From: Macrostomum lignano
Lineage: Eukaryota
Reading direction: 5' to 3'
Length of the DNA: 64,000 bases
Assembly: GCA_002269645.1 (NCBI GenBank)
Contig: NIVC01003044.1
Coordinates: forward strand, 1-64,000
The notes beneath the pieces were generated by a model, which was given only the letters and a program-made list of their open reading frames with translations, did not search any database and was not told the DNA's origin. The translations under genes were made by a program, and so were the position numbers. Shown here one piece after another: positions 15,201-27,712 of the stretch (the stretch's first letter is position 1; the number at the start of each line of letters is the position of its first letter).

Positions 15201-15777
15201 AAGTAGCATGAAAAACCAAATGCAAAAACCATAGATATGAGAAATCTGCTCAAACGGTGACACTACCAATCAGGCTTAGCCAAAAATCAAATCATAACCA
15301 AATGAGCACAGAGAAATAGCTGGATATTCTATAGCATTTTTATATTACAATAAAACATCTGTGAGGAAAGCCAGCCCAGTGCAGAGGAAGAAATGGGGGA
15401 AGCACAGAAATTCAATACCAGCTCTGACTGCCATTTTCATTTTTAACCTTCCCCACTTGGGCAATTCACTATTCAAACTCGTGTCTCTTTGTGAGCCTCG
15501 GTGCGAAAATAATCATATATTCCATAATTCTGTCTCTTTATTCGATTGTACGGGACAGATTTTTTTAATACGCTCCGCCTCGCCTTAGGGTAGAGAGAGA
15601 CAAAAGTGTTGTAATTGTCAACAACTTTTTTTGAGGCCAGCTGACTCTTAAGTTGAGGGATTAGCCGTGAATGTTGAAGGGATTTCAGCAGAATCGAAAA
15701 GGGAGGCGAAAGCTACTTAAAATGAGAGATTTTCGTTTTAAAAAGAGGGCGAGAAAAAATTGACTACCGAGGGGTTG

Positions 15778-16325
15778 GAGTAGAGTAGAGTAGAGTAAAG
15801 TAGAGTAGAGTAGAGTAGAGTAGAGTAGAGTAGAGTAGAGTAGAGTAGAGTAGACTAGAGTAGAGTAGAGTAGACTAGAGTAGACTAGAGTAGAGTAGAC
15901 TAGAGTAGAGTAGAGTAGACTAGAGTAGAGTAGAGTAGACTAGAGTAGAGTAGAGTAGACTAGAGTAGAGTAGAGTAGAGTAGAGTAGAGTAGACTAGAG
16001 TAGAGTAGAGTAGAGTAGAGTAAAGTAGAGTGGAGTAGAGTAGAGTAGAGTAGATAAGACTAGAGTAGAGTGGAGTAGAGTAGAGTAGAGTGAAGTAGAG
16101 TAGAGTAGAGTAGAGTAGAATAGAGTAGAGTAGAGTAGAGTAGAGTAGATTAGAGTAGAGTAGAGTAGAATAGAGTAGAGTAGAGTAGAGTAGAGTAGAG
16201 TAGATTAGAGAAGAGTAGAGTAGACTAAAGTAGAGTAGAGTAGACTAGACTAAAGTAGAGTAGAGTAGAGTAGAGAAAATAAAGTAGAGTAGAGTAGAAC
16301 AGAGTAGAGTAGAGTAGAGTAGGGT
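15778..16325. repeat. (TAGAG)n microsatellite
   Basis: Direct reading. Confidence 0.95.
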
Positions 16326-16782
16326 AGATTGTGGCAGAGTAGTTTTATATACCAAGTACACTCCTTTTTTCTGCTAACAGTCAAAAACTGCTCAATTGCG
16401 CATGTGAGTTTTAAGCAAAAGCAGAAGCCACTAATCCATTTGTCTGCCTTGCACAATAAAACCCCGCCTTCCAAAATCTCGCCGATCTTAGTTGTTTAAT
16501 TAATTAAAATCGGGACTGAGCGCACCAAACCTGCCGTTTGGCAGTCGTTTATAGAATTTGATAGCTGAGCCTCCGCACCCCCAGCCTGTCTAAAAATAGG
16601 AGCAGATCAATAAAAACAGACAAATGCAATTAATGCCCGAGCCAGAGTGCCTAGGTTTGCATTAGAGAACAGTTTCTGGGTAGAAATGCAATCGATATGA
16701 TTTTTGTCGTGTTCAATGAATTTGTTTTAGTGCGTTTTTTGTTTAAAACGATCGTTAAATTAGTTAATGTGCGAGTAAGTTC

Positions 16783-17400
16783 ATGAGTGAGTTTATGAGT
16801 GAGTCCGTAAGTGAGTTCATGAGTGACTTCATGAGTGAGTTTATGAGTGAGTTCATGAGTGAGTTTATGAGTGAGTCCGTAAGTGAGTTCATGAGTGACT
16901 TCATGAGTGAGTTTATGAGTGAGTTCATGAGTGAGTTTATGAGTGAGTTCATGAGTGAGTTTATGAGTGAGTTTATGAGTGAGTTCATGAGTGAGTTTAT
17001 GAGTGAGTTTATGAGTGAGTTCATGAGTGAGTTTATGAATGAGTTCATGAGCGAGTTCATGAGTGAGTTCATGAGTGAGTTCATAAGTGAGTTCATGAGT
17101 GAGTTCATGATTGAGTTCATGAGTGAGTTCATGGGTGAGTTCATGAGTGAGTTCATGAGTGAGTTCATGGGTGAGTTCATGAGTGAGTTCATGAGTGAGT
17201 TCATGAGTGAGTTCATGATTGAGTTCATGAGTGAGTTCATGGGTGAGTTCATGAGTGAGTTCATGAGTGAGTTCATGGGTGAGTTCATGAGTGAGTTCAT
17301 GAGTGAGTTCATGAGTGAGTTCATGATTGAGTTCATGAGTGAGTTCATGGGTGAGTTCATGAGTGAGTTCATGAGTGAGTTCATGAGTGAGTTCATCGGT
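16783..17400. repeat. 12-bp (ATGAGTGAGTTC)n
   Basis: Direct reading; source of the MSEF/MNSL pseudo-ORFs. Confidence 0.96.
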
Positions 17401-18119
17401 GAGAACCGCCTCAGCTAACCCCCTGTCAAGCGCTTTTCTACGCCATCATCGGGAGTCTGCGACCCCCCCCCATCAACCACACCCCCACCGCGCCCGCAAT
17501 TACAAGGTCGGCATATCAAAGGCGATCACCAAACCCCTCACCCAAAGCAGTATCGGATTTCATCTTTTAGAAGCAGTTGGACGCAACTCAGAGTTTGAGT
17601 CGATTGGAACAAGAAAGAGTGACGTAGAACTCAGCTTTGTTGTGGGAATTGAAGTTTTTGTACACTGGCCAACCGCCAGTTTTCAGAGAGCTTCCTAAAG
17701 GCCTTTGTTGACCGCTCATGCCCTGTCGTCTTCTGGCGGTTCCTTTCTTGTTGTTGATTTTTTGCAAGAGACTCCGCAGTCTCAACCCCTCCCCCGGTTT
17801 GCTTTGCCTGTCGTTCGCCAGAGTTCTTTTTCTTCCTCTGAAGAGTTAAAAAAACTTCGACTATTTTTCTGGTTGTTGATTACGTAATCAAAAGAAAATG
17901 TTAAGGAAATTCCCTTGAGGGAGAATCCTCGTGGCTATAGCCAAGCAGAGTAAGAAACGGTCGAACGCTAAATGGACAAAAACATTCTAGTAGGAAATCT
18001 TCAGTTTTTTAGGAAGCCCCTCTTTGTTGTTGTGTCAGAGCGGGGCTTCAAGCGAAGCTGAGTTTGAAAACAGGGGAGGTGAACCTTGACCCCGGCGCTG
18101 ACCAACAGTTTTTAATTAG

Positions 18120-19055
18120 TGTAAACTAGGCGCTAAACACTATAATTTAAACATAAACTAGGCGCTAAACACTATAATTTAAACATAAACCAGGCGCTAA
18201 ACACTAGAGTGTAAACATAAACTAGGCGCTAAACACTAGAGTGTAAACATAAACTAGGCGCTAAACACTATAATTTAAACATAAACTAGGCGCTAAACAC
18301 TATAATTTAAACATAAACTAGGCGCTAAACACTATAATTTAAACATAAACTAGGCGCTAAACACTATAATTTAAACATAAACTAGGCGCTAAACACTATA
18401 ATTTAAACATAAACTAGGCGCTAAACACTATAATTTAAACATAAACTAGGCGCTAAACACTATAATTTAAACATAAACTAGGCGCTAAACACTATAATTT
18501 AAACATAAACTAGGCGCTAAACACTATAATTTAAACATAAACTAGGCGCTAAACACTATAATTTAAACATAAACTAGGCGCTAAACACTATAATTTAAAC
18601 ATAAACTAGGCGCTAAACACTATAATTTAAACATAAACTAGGCGCTAAACACTATAATTTAAACATAAACTAGGCGCTAAACACTATAATTTAAACATAA
18701 ACTGGGCGCTAAACACTATAATTTAAACATAAACTAGGCGCTAAACACTATAATTTAAACATAAACTAGGCGCTAAACACTATAATTTAAACATAAACTA
18801 GGCGCTAAACACTATAATTTAAACATAAACTAGGCGCTAAACACTATAATTAAAACATAAACTAGGCGCTAAACACTAGAGTGTAAACATAAACTAGGCG
18901 CTAAACACTAGAGTGTAAACATAAACTAGGCGCTAAACACTACAGTGTAAACATAAACTAGGCGCTAAACACTACAGTGTAAACATAAACTAGGCGCTAA
19001 ACACTAGAGTGTAAACATAAACTAGGCGCTAAACACTAGAGTGTAAACATAAACT
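18120..19055. repeat. 32-bp minisatellite (AAACATAAACTAGGCGCTAAACACTATAATTT)
   Basis: Highly homogeneous array of about 29 units. Confidence 0.96.
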
Positions 19056-19494
19056 AAAAATAACTTTGTCCGGAATTTTCAAAGACACAAATGATTATTA
19101 TTGCTTTTAATTTCTAGAATTGAGTTGAAGCCATCTCATCATCGGCAGAAAGTTTCTCAAGCATCTTTGTAATTATTTAGCGGTTAAGGGGGGTTGGAAA
19201 TAGAGGTAGGACTTTCAACGAATTATTTGATCTAAATATATCTTAATTTGCAGTTTCACAAGTGACAATAGCTTAATGACTGTGTTTATACCTGCATAGA
19301 TCCTTGGCCAAATAATAATTGGCATATATGCACAATTATGTAAACATGTAAGGCCAAGTATTTATGGAAATTCGAACTGCAAAATCTGAAGCGAATCTAG
19401 CCATGATTTATAGCTAAGGATCTGAATGTTGACTTGTGTATTTATTGCCAGCCTTTACCGATGGTAATAACTAATGTTAGGTTTCAAGAATAGG

Positions 19495-20520
19495 TAGAGT
19501 AGAATAGAATAGAGTAGATTAGAGCGTTGAGTGGATTAGAATAGAGTAGAGCAGGGTGAGTGAGTGGAGTAGAGTGGGGTAGAGTAGAGTGAGTAGAGTG
19601 GCGTACAGTGGTGTAGAGTAGAGTAGAGTGAGTAGAGTGGAGTAAAGTGGGGTAGAGTAGAGTGAGTACAGTGGATTAGAGTGGGGTAGAGAAGGGTAGA
19701 GTAAAGTAAAGTACAGTAGAATAAAGTAGAGTAGAAATGAGTAGAGTAGAGTGAGTAAAGTAGAGTTGAGTGAGTAGAGTGAGTAGAGTGAGTAGAGTGA
19801 GTAGAGTGAGTAGAGTGAGTAGAGTGAGTAGAGTGAGCAGAGTGAGTAGAGTGGATGGAGTAGAGTAGAGTGAGTAGAGTGGATGGAGTAGAGTAGAGTG
19901 AGTAGAGTGAGTAGAGTGAGTAGAGTTAGTAGAGTGGATGGAGTAGAGTAGAGTTAGTAGAGTGGATGGAGTAGAGTAGAGTGAGTAGAGTGGATGGAGT
20001 AGAGTAGAGTGAGTAGAGTGGATGGAGTAGAGTAGAGTGAGTAGAGTGAGTAGAGTAGAGTGAGTAGAGTGAGTAGAGTGAGTAGAGTGAGTAGAGTAGA
20101 GTGAGTAGAGTGAGTAGAGTAGAGTGAGTAGAGTGGATGGAGTAGAGTAGAGTGAGTAGAGTGAGTAGAGTGAGTAGAGTGAGTAGAGTGAGTAGAGTGA
20201 GTAGAGTGAGTAGAGTGAGCAGAGTGAGTAGAGTGGATGGAGTAGAGTAGAGTGAGTAGAGTGAGTAGAGTGAGTAGAGTTAGTAGAGTGGATGGAGTAG
20301 AGTAGAGTGAGTAGAGTGGATGGAGTAGAGTAGAGTGAGTAGAGTGGATGGAGTAGAGTAGAGTGAGTAGAGTGAGTAGAGTAGAGTGAGTAGAGTGAGT
20401 AGAGTGAGTAGAGTGAGTAGAGTAGAGTGAGTAGAGTGAGTAGAGTGAGTAGAGTAGAGTGAGTAGAGTGAGTAGAGTGAGTAGAGTGGATGGAGTAGAG
20501 TAGAGTAAGTAGAGTGGGCA
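19495..20520. repeat. (GAGTAGAGT)n-type purine-rich repeat
   Basis: Direct reading. Confidence 0.93.
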
Positions 20521-21631
20521 GATCAGTAGAGCAGAATTGAGCAGTCAGCTGTAGAAAGCTCAGTCATTTTTGCAAGCCGCAGCTCAAATTTCATTTTATA
20601 CTCCCCTTTGTGAGTAAAAAACTCCGGGCTATACTCAAAACTTCCTGCATAGCTCACAAACAATAGAGGTAATTTTTCAAAAGCCCCCCCCCCAACACGA
20701 GGGGGGTGTTTAAGTTGACAGACGCTTTTGAGGCCTCCTTGCCACCTTGCTACAGTCACGTGTGACATTAAAATGTCACTGATAGGCGATAACACCAACT
20801 CAACCGTGCATAGGGATATATTGAGTGCTGAGCCGGTTGAGTCCATGACTCATTTTGCATACAAAATGAAGCCAAGAAGGGTGTTAGGTAATCCCCGCCG
20901 CCACCTCGACAGGACCAAAACCCACCCACCCATCAATTACATCAAACATGTCAAGTCACAACTCTCTGTAGCAGCTAAATTTTTAAGGCCTACTTTTAGA
21001 GAAGTGGTGAAGATTGATATTTATCCAACCCAAAATCACGAGAAGAGGCCAAAGTGTTAAGTCACTGCAGCCCTCATCTAAGCATCTGGTTTGCAGTTGC
21101 CGCCAGCGTCCGCAGAAATCTTGGATGACGGCAAAAAAGATAGAAATATGCAATTGCTTGTTTGCACCTCTTCTCTACCCCCCCCCCCCCAAACCATCTG
21201 GACCTCACACTTTCTCTCTCTTCCCATTTTGGGAAGAAAATGTTTTACAAATCCATTTCCAGATTCCCTAAGCCTGTCCCGCTCTGCATCACTTTGAAGA
21301 GGCAGGAGGCGGCTGCAGGACAGAGGGGGGGGAGGGTTGAAATATTATTGTATCTCGCCAAGGCGCGATGGTAGCCCTGTCAATCACCTGTGTATTCTTA
21401 CAAATTCTAAACAGGTTTCTAAGAGCTGGCATAGCGCTGATTCGTTGAACCAAGAAGAGAGTGGAATAGCTTGAAGAAGAAAAAAGTGAAAGCGAAAAAA
21501 ATTGGTGTCCTTATGTCTCCGTTTGAGTGTGTTTAGCAATCGGGCAGCTGTGATTGCTTTGAGGTCCGCTGGAATCCCAGCCTCTGTAAATGGGAACAGA
21601 TTTCATTGCTTCACATCAGGACTCAGATTTA

Positions 21632-22560
21632 AGATGGTAAAGAGAAAGATGGTAGAGAGGGAGATGGTAGAGAGGGAGATGGTAGAGAGGGAGATGGTAG
21701 AGAGGGAGAGAAGGTAGAGAGATGGTAGACAGGGAGATGGTAGAGAGGGAGAGAAGGTAGATAGAGAGATGGTAGAGAGGGAGATGGTAGAGAGGGAGAT
21801 GGTAGAGAGGGAGATGGTAGAGAGGGAGATGGTAGAGAGGAAGATGGTAGAGAGGTAGAGGGGAGAGAGGGATATGATAGAGAGGTAGGTGGAGAGAGGG
21901 AGATGGTAGAGAGAGAGATGGTAGAGAGAGAGATGGTAGAGAGGGAGATGGTAGAGAGGGAGATGTTAGAGAGGGAGAGAAGGTAGAGAGATGCTAGACA
22001 GGGAGATGGTAGAAAGGGAGAGAAGGTAGATAGAGAGATGGTAGAGAGGGAGATGGTAGAGAGGGAGATGGTAGAGAGGTAGAGGGGAGAGAGGGAGATG
22101 ATAGAGAGGTAGGGGGAGAGAGGGAGATGGTAGAGAGGGAGATGGTAGAGAGGGAGAAGGTAGAGAGGTAGAGGGGAGAGAGGGAGATGATAGAGAGGTA
22201 GGGGGAGAGAGAGAGATGGTAGAGAGGGAGATGGTAGAGAGGGAGATGGTAGAGAGGTAGAGGGGAGAGAGGGAGATGATAGAGAGGTAGGGGGAGAGAG
22301 GGAGATGGTAGAGAGGGAGATGGTAGAGAGGGAGAAGGTAGAGAGGTAGAGGGGAGAGAGGGAGATGATAGAGAGGTAGGGGGAGAGAGAGAGATGGTAG
22401 AGAGGGAGATGGTAGAGAGGGAGATGGTAGAGAGGTAGAGGGGAGAGAGGGAGATGATAGAGAGGTAGGGGGAGAGAGGGAGATGGTAGAGAGGGAGATG
22501 GTAGAGAGGGAGAAGGTAGAGAGGTAGAGGGGAGAGAGGGAGATGATAGAGAGGTATAGG
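21632..22560. repeat. 15-bp (GAGATGGTAGAGAGG)n
   Basis: Direct reading; source of the 370-aa SLP/LSP pseudo-ORF. Confidence 0.95.
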
Positions 22561-23055
22561 GGAGATGGGAGAAAAGTAGATGGGAAGATAGGAGAAAGTG
22601 AAGAGATGAAAAAGGGTTAGACAAAAGGTAGACAGAGGTTGGGCAGAGAGGCATACAGAAACAGAGGAGATTTAGCAGCGGACAGCAGATCCCCCCAGTA
22701 GTGCCAGACAAATCTACAAGCAAAAGTGAATCCGGCAGCAAAAGTAAGCGCGGCCTCAGGTAAAAAAGTGTACGCGGTTCACAATTTTTTGGCAGGCATA
22801 ATTAATTTTGACAAGCGGGCCAGCCAACTCTCGTCATCATTGTCATCCCCCTTCTGTGAAGTAAGCGTGGATGTCCGCTCACTCGTGCATTTATTAGTGA
22901 ACAAAAGCGCTCTAGCTATTCCCTGCGCTAGCAATGGAAATTGAGGATTAAAATTTCTGGGGAAACTTCTGCCTGTTAACTTGCAGCAGTTAATATTGCA
23001 TTTCAGAATTCACCTGAGCACTGAGTAGAAAGGCCACTCCGAGGCCGTCAGCGTC

Positions 23056-26000
23056 ATGATGGAGCCGACGAAACCGTCTGATGTTGTTTCGGTGCTTCTG
23101 CTTTTAACAGCCATGCCGAATTTGGTTTGCACTGGTGAGTTCTGACGGCTGCCTGCGAGAGATTGGGAAATGGCATTCCGCTGACACCTGATAGTGTACG
23201 CCTGGCATGTACACTATCTGTGCCTTGGGGGCTGGCCCTCATGGCCCTCAGGACCAACCCACAAAGGCACAGAGTCAGGACCGCTGTACACTCTGTGTGA
23301 GCGCGTGTTCTGTGTTCGGAACGACTGTCGCCCCCTCCCTCGTCCTCCAGTCCTGCTGCCGCCCTCCATCACGCGCCAGCCGGCCGCCGAGACGCCGTTC
23401 ATCCCGGGGGAGCCGATCCGGCTGGACTGCGATGCTTCACCGCCTGGCAGCGTCGAGTTCGCCTGGCTGCGCAACCGGGAGACGCTCAGCCTGCGGGACG
23501 GCCGTCGGCTGGCTGGCGGCGCTCTGATCATTGAGTCGCCGACGTTAGCGGACGAAGGTGTCTACCAGTGCCTCGCTGGCAACCGCTTCGGCTGGGCGGC
23601 CTCCCGGGTGTCGCAGGTCCGTCAGGCCGTTCTGCGGCCGTTCCCCAACGCCAGGAAGCCTCCGATTGAGAAACTGGTAGGCGACAGCCTGCGCATCCCA
23701 TGCGAGTCGCCAGTCTCGTACCCGACCGCCACAGTGCTGTGGTACAAGACTGACGATCTGACCAACCGGCTGAGCACCCTGCCGATGTCCAACCGGATTG
23801 CCATTCATCCTACTGACGGTTCGCTTCTATTCGCCAATCTGCTCCTGGAAGACGGCAACGCTGGCTACCAATGCGGTGCTAGAAACGATTTTGTCAGGCG
23901 AACAGTTGAAAGTCGAGCGCACCGACTCACCGTTCGACAGGGCGGCGACAGTTCGACAAAGCGACGACCGGCCGAGCTGATGGCCCAGAGCGACTCGCGA
24001 CCGCAGCTGCTGGCCAACAGCACCGGCGATCTGTTCTGCTTCTTCAGCGGCTACCCGACCCCGCAGATCCGATGGCGTCGACCGGTTGCTGACGGCTCGG
24101 ACCAGCTGCTCGAGGCCGGAACCCGCCTTCAGCTGCTCTCCGTTCGGACGAAAACTCACGCCGGAACCTTCGAGTGCTTCGCTGTGAACAGCGGCAGCAG
24201 CGCACCGGCCTCCGCTAAGTTTCAAGTAGCCGTCGTGTCGCCGCCCCGATGGCTCGATCGGCCTGAAGGCGTCGCCCTGGCCGAGGGCGCGGCCAGGCAC
24301 GAGTTCCGCTGCCGGGCCGAGCCGATGGACGGCCAGCCCAGCTGGTTCGTCAACGGCCGCCCGGTTCAGCCGACGAATCCTTCGGAGCCGCACCGGCTGA
24401 TCTTCGAGAACCTGACGGCGGCCGACTCGGCCATGGTGCAGTGCAACTGCAGCAACTCGCACGGCTACATTCTGGCCAACGCGCACCTGAGCGTGCTCAA
24501 CCAACCGCCAGCGTTCACAGAGCCGCCGCCGCCGGGCGGACTGAAGACCGCGGCCGGAGTTGCCAAGCTGGTCATCCCGTGTCGGACGTTCGCGGCGCCT
24601 AAACCAGACATCTGGTGGAGCCGCGACGGTCAGCGGCTGGACGGGGACTCCGGCCGCTACAGCCTGGAGCAGAACGGCGACCTAGTGATTCGTGACGTCC
24701 AGCTGTCCGACGCCGGCCGCTACAAATGCCTGGCCAGCAACCGGTTCGGCAGCAGCGAAGCAGAGTCCAGCCTGACTGTCCGCCAGCCCACCGAGATCCG
24801 CATCCCGCCGGAGTCGCAGACAATTGTCGAAGGCGCCGAAGTTCGCCTCGCCTGCACGGCTGTCACGGACGTTGGCGAGGCTGGCAGCCTTCGGCTGACC
24901 TGGCTGAAGGACGAACAGCCGGTTGACTTCGGCAGCCGGCCGGGTCTGCTGCACAGCGGTCAGCACGACGGCGCTTTGGTGATCTCGCGGGCCCGACCGC
25001 AGGACAGCGGCGTCTACTCGTGCAACGCCAGCAACGGGCTGGACTATGACGTCAAGAGCGCCCGCCTGGTGGTCACGGGCCGGCCCGGCGCGCCCGCCGA
25101 CCTACGAGTCGCCTGCGACACGCCGGCTGCCAAGGCGACGCTCCGGTGGACAGCCGGGCCGGACAATAACTCGCCGGTGCGGCGACACATTGTCGAGTTT
25201 GCGACGCAGTTCGACGATCACCTGTCGGGAGTCTGGCGCTCGGCCGAGTTGGCTTCGGCGGCGACAACGGCAAACTCGGCCACTGTCCGGCTTCGTCCGA
25301 ATCTTTTATATCGATTTCGAGTCCGAGCTGTGAACGACGTTGGGCCGGGCGACGCCTCCGAGGTTGTCGGCGCGCCGCCAAACTGTCGGGTGCCGCCCGA
25401 CCGACCCGCCGTCAATCCCGACGGTCTCCGGGCGGAGGGCAGCCGGCCGCACAGCCTGACAGTCCAGTGGCAGCCGCTGTCACCGCTGGACTACGGAGCG
25501 GACGGCCTGGCGTATGTTCTGCAGCTGCGGTGCATCGACTGCGCTGGGACGCCGATTAACCGCCCGTTTGAGAAGATCGTGTCGGATCCTAAAGTCGATC
25601 AAGTCGACATTGTCAAACTGATCATAGACGGTCGCTCTTATCCGGTAGAAATTTACCGGCTCTATCTGGTGACGCTCGTTGCTAGGAACTCGCTGGGTGA
25701 CTGTCGGGAGCGACCAGCTGAAGTTCTGGGTTATTCTGGGGAGCTGCAGCCGCTGGTGGCACCAAGCGACCTTCGGGTGGCCACGGAGTCCGCGGACGCC
25801 GTTGCGGAGAATTCGGCTGTGCTAGCTTGGTCGCTTGGCATCGACCCGACTGTGGACGATAGGGTGAGTGAGGTTGCTTGGCTCGGGAATGCACTTTTAA
25901 TTCAGGAATCCGGAAAAAATTTTTAAGAATCCGAAAACTTTTCTAGAAAATCCCGAAAAGTTTTTTATGAATCCCGGAACTTTTGCAAGAACCCTGATAC

Positions 26001-27615
26001 TTTCTTAAGAATCTCAAAATCCCGAAAAATTGATACATGTAGATCGTTAAATTTTTCAAGAATCTGCGAACATTTCCAAGAATCCAGTAGCTTTTACTGG
26101 AAGATTTGTAGTTTGAATTATTTACTCAGCTTGCTCAATTAATCAGCTACTCAGCTACTCAGCTACTCAGCTACTCAGCTACTCAGCTACTCAGCTACTC
26201 AATTACTCAGCTACTCAGCTACTCAATTACTCAGCTACTCAGCTACTCAGCTACTAAGCTACTCAGCTACTCAGCTACTCAGCTACTCAATTACTCAGCT
26301 ACTCAGCTACTCAGCTACTCAGCTACTCAGCTACTCAGCTACTCAGCTACTCAATTACTCAGCTACTAAGCTACTCAGCTACTCAGCTACTCAGCTACTC
26401 AGCTACTCAGCTACTCAGCTCATCCCCTCACGCCTCCCACACGCCGCTCAGGTCCGCGGTTTCTACCGCGGCTTCCGCATCGAGTGGTGCGCATGGAACT
26501 CCAGCGAGGCGGGCTGCGCAGCTGGTCTGAACCGGTCGCAGGGCGTCATCTACCGGGAGGCGCCGGTTTCAGGCTCCTCTTCCGCTTCATCATCATCAGC
26601 AGCATCGTCTACATCGACCCTCTCGCTGCCGCTGCAGTTCAAGGAGCGGCTGTTCCGCCTTCCGGGAGACACGAGCATCCAAGCGTGGGTCCGCCTGCTC
26701 AACAAGCGCTACGCCGGCCCGCCCAGTGAGGCCATCGAGTTCCGCACTCTGGAGGGCACGCCAGGTCAAGTGAGCGAGTTTGTGCTCAGCCTGACAGGTG
26801 TTAATCATTTGGAGTTCGGCTGGTCGCCGCCGCAGCAATGCAACGGCCGCTTGACTGGCTACCAGTTGGCCTACCAGGAGATCCGCGAACTGCTGCAGGC
26901 CGACATTGTCTACACGCCACCAATCAATGACCCGTCGCAACGTCGCGGTCTGATCGCTGGCCTGAAGCCGAACACCAACTATCGGGTGTACATCTACGCT
27001 CGAACAGCCAAAGGCAACGGTGAGCCAACGTTCCTGGACGTCAGGACGGCTCCGCCCAGCAGAGACTGGCGAGGCGGCGGACCGTTCACGGTAATCCCCG
27101 TCGGTGACCGGGCGTTGAACGTCACCTACAACCCGGGCACCGGGTCGCGATCGATGTTCTATGTGCAGTACCGCGAGTTGCAGGATGCGAAGTCGCTGGA
27201 GCCAAAGCAGCACGAAGAGCAGCAGGAGCAGCAACAGCAACAGCAGCAGCAGCAGCAGCAGAAACAGCAGAAGCAACAGCAGCAGCAGCAGCCGGCCCCT
27301 CCGCCACCGCCAGCCTGGCTGGAGACCAAACGAGAGCTGCAGCGACGCTGGATTCTCATCGACAACTTGGCCAGGAACTCCTGGTACGAGGTGCGCGTCA
27401 TCGCGTCCGAGGATGGCGCCGCGGCCGCCTCCTACACGGAGCCGGTGCGGGCAAGGACCGGGTCGAACCGGCGGCTTGGCGGCGGCCTGCTGGATGGCGC
27501 CGGTTCCACCTGGCTGGTGTGCATGTCCCTCATCCTGCTGGTAGTGGCCGTGTTCCTCCTGTTCATGTGCTTCGTGCGGCGGCGGCGGGGACGGCCGGAG
27601 TACCGTAAGTGATGC

Positions 27616-27712
<97 letters not shown>

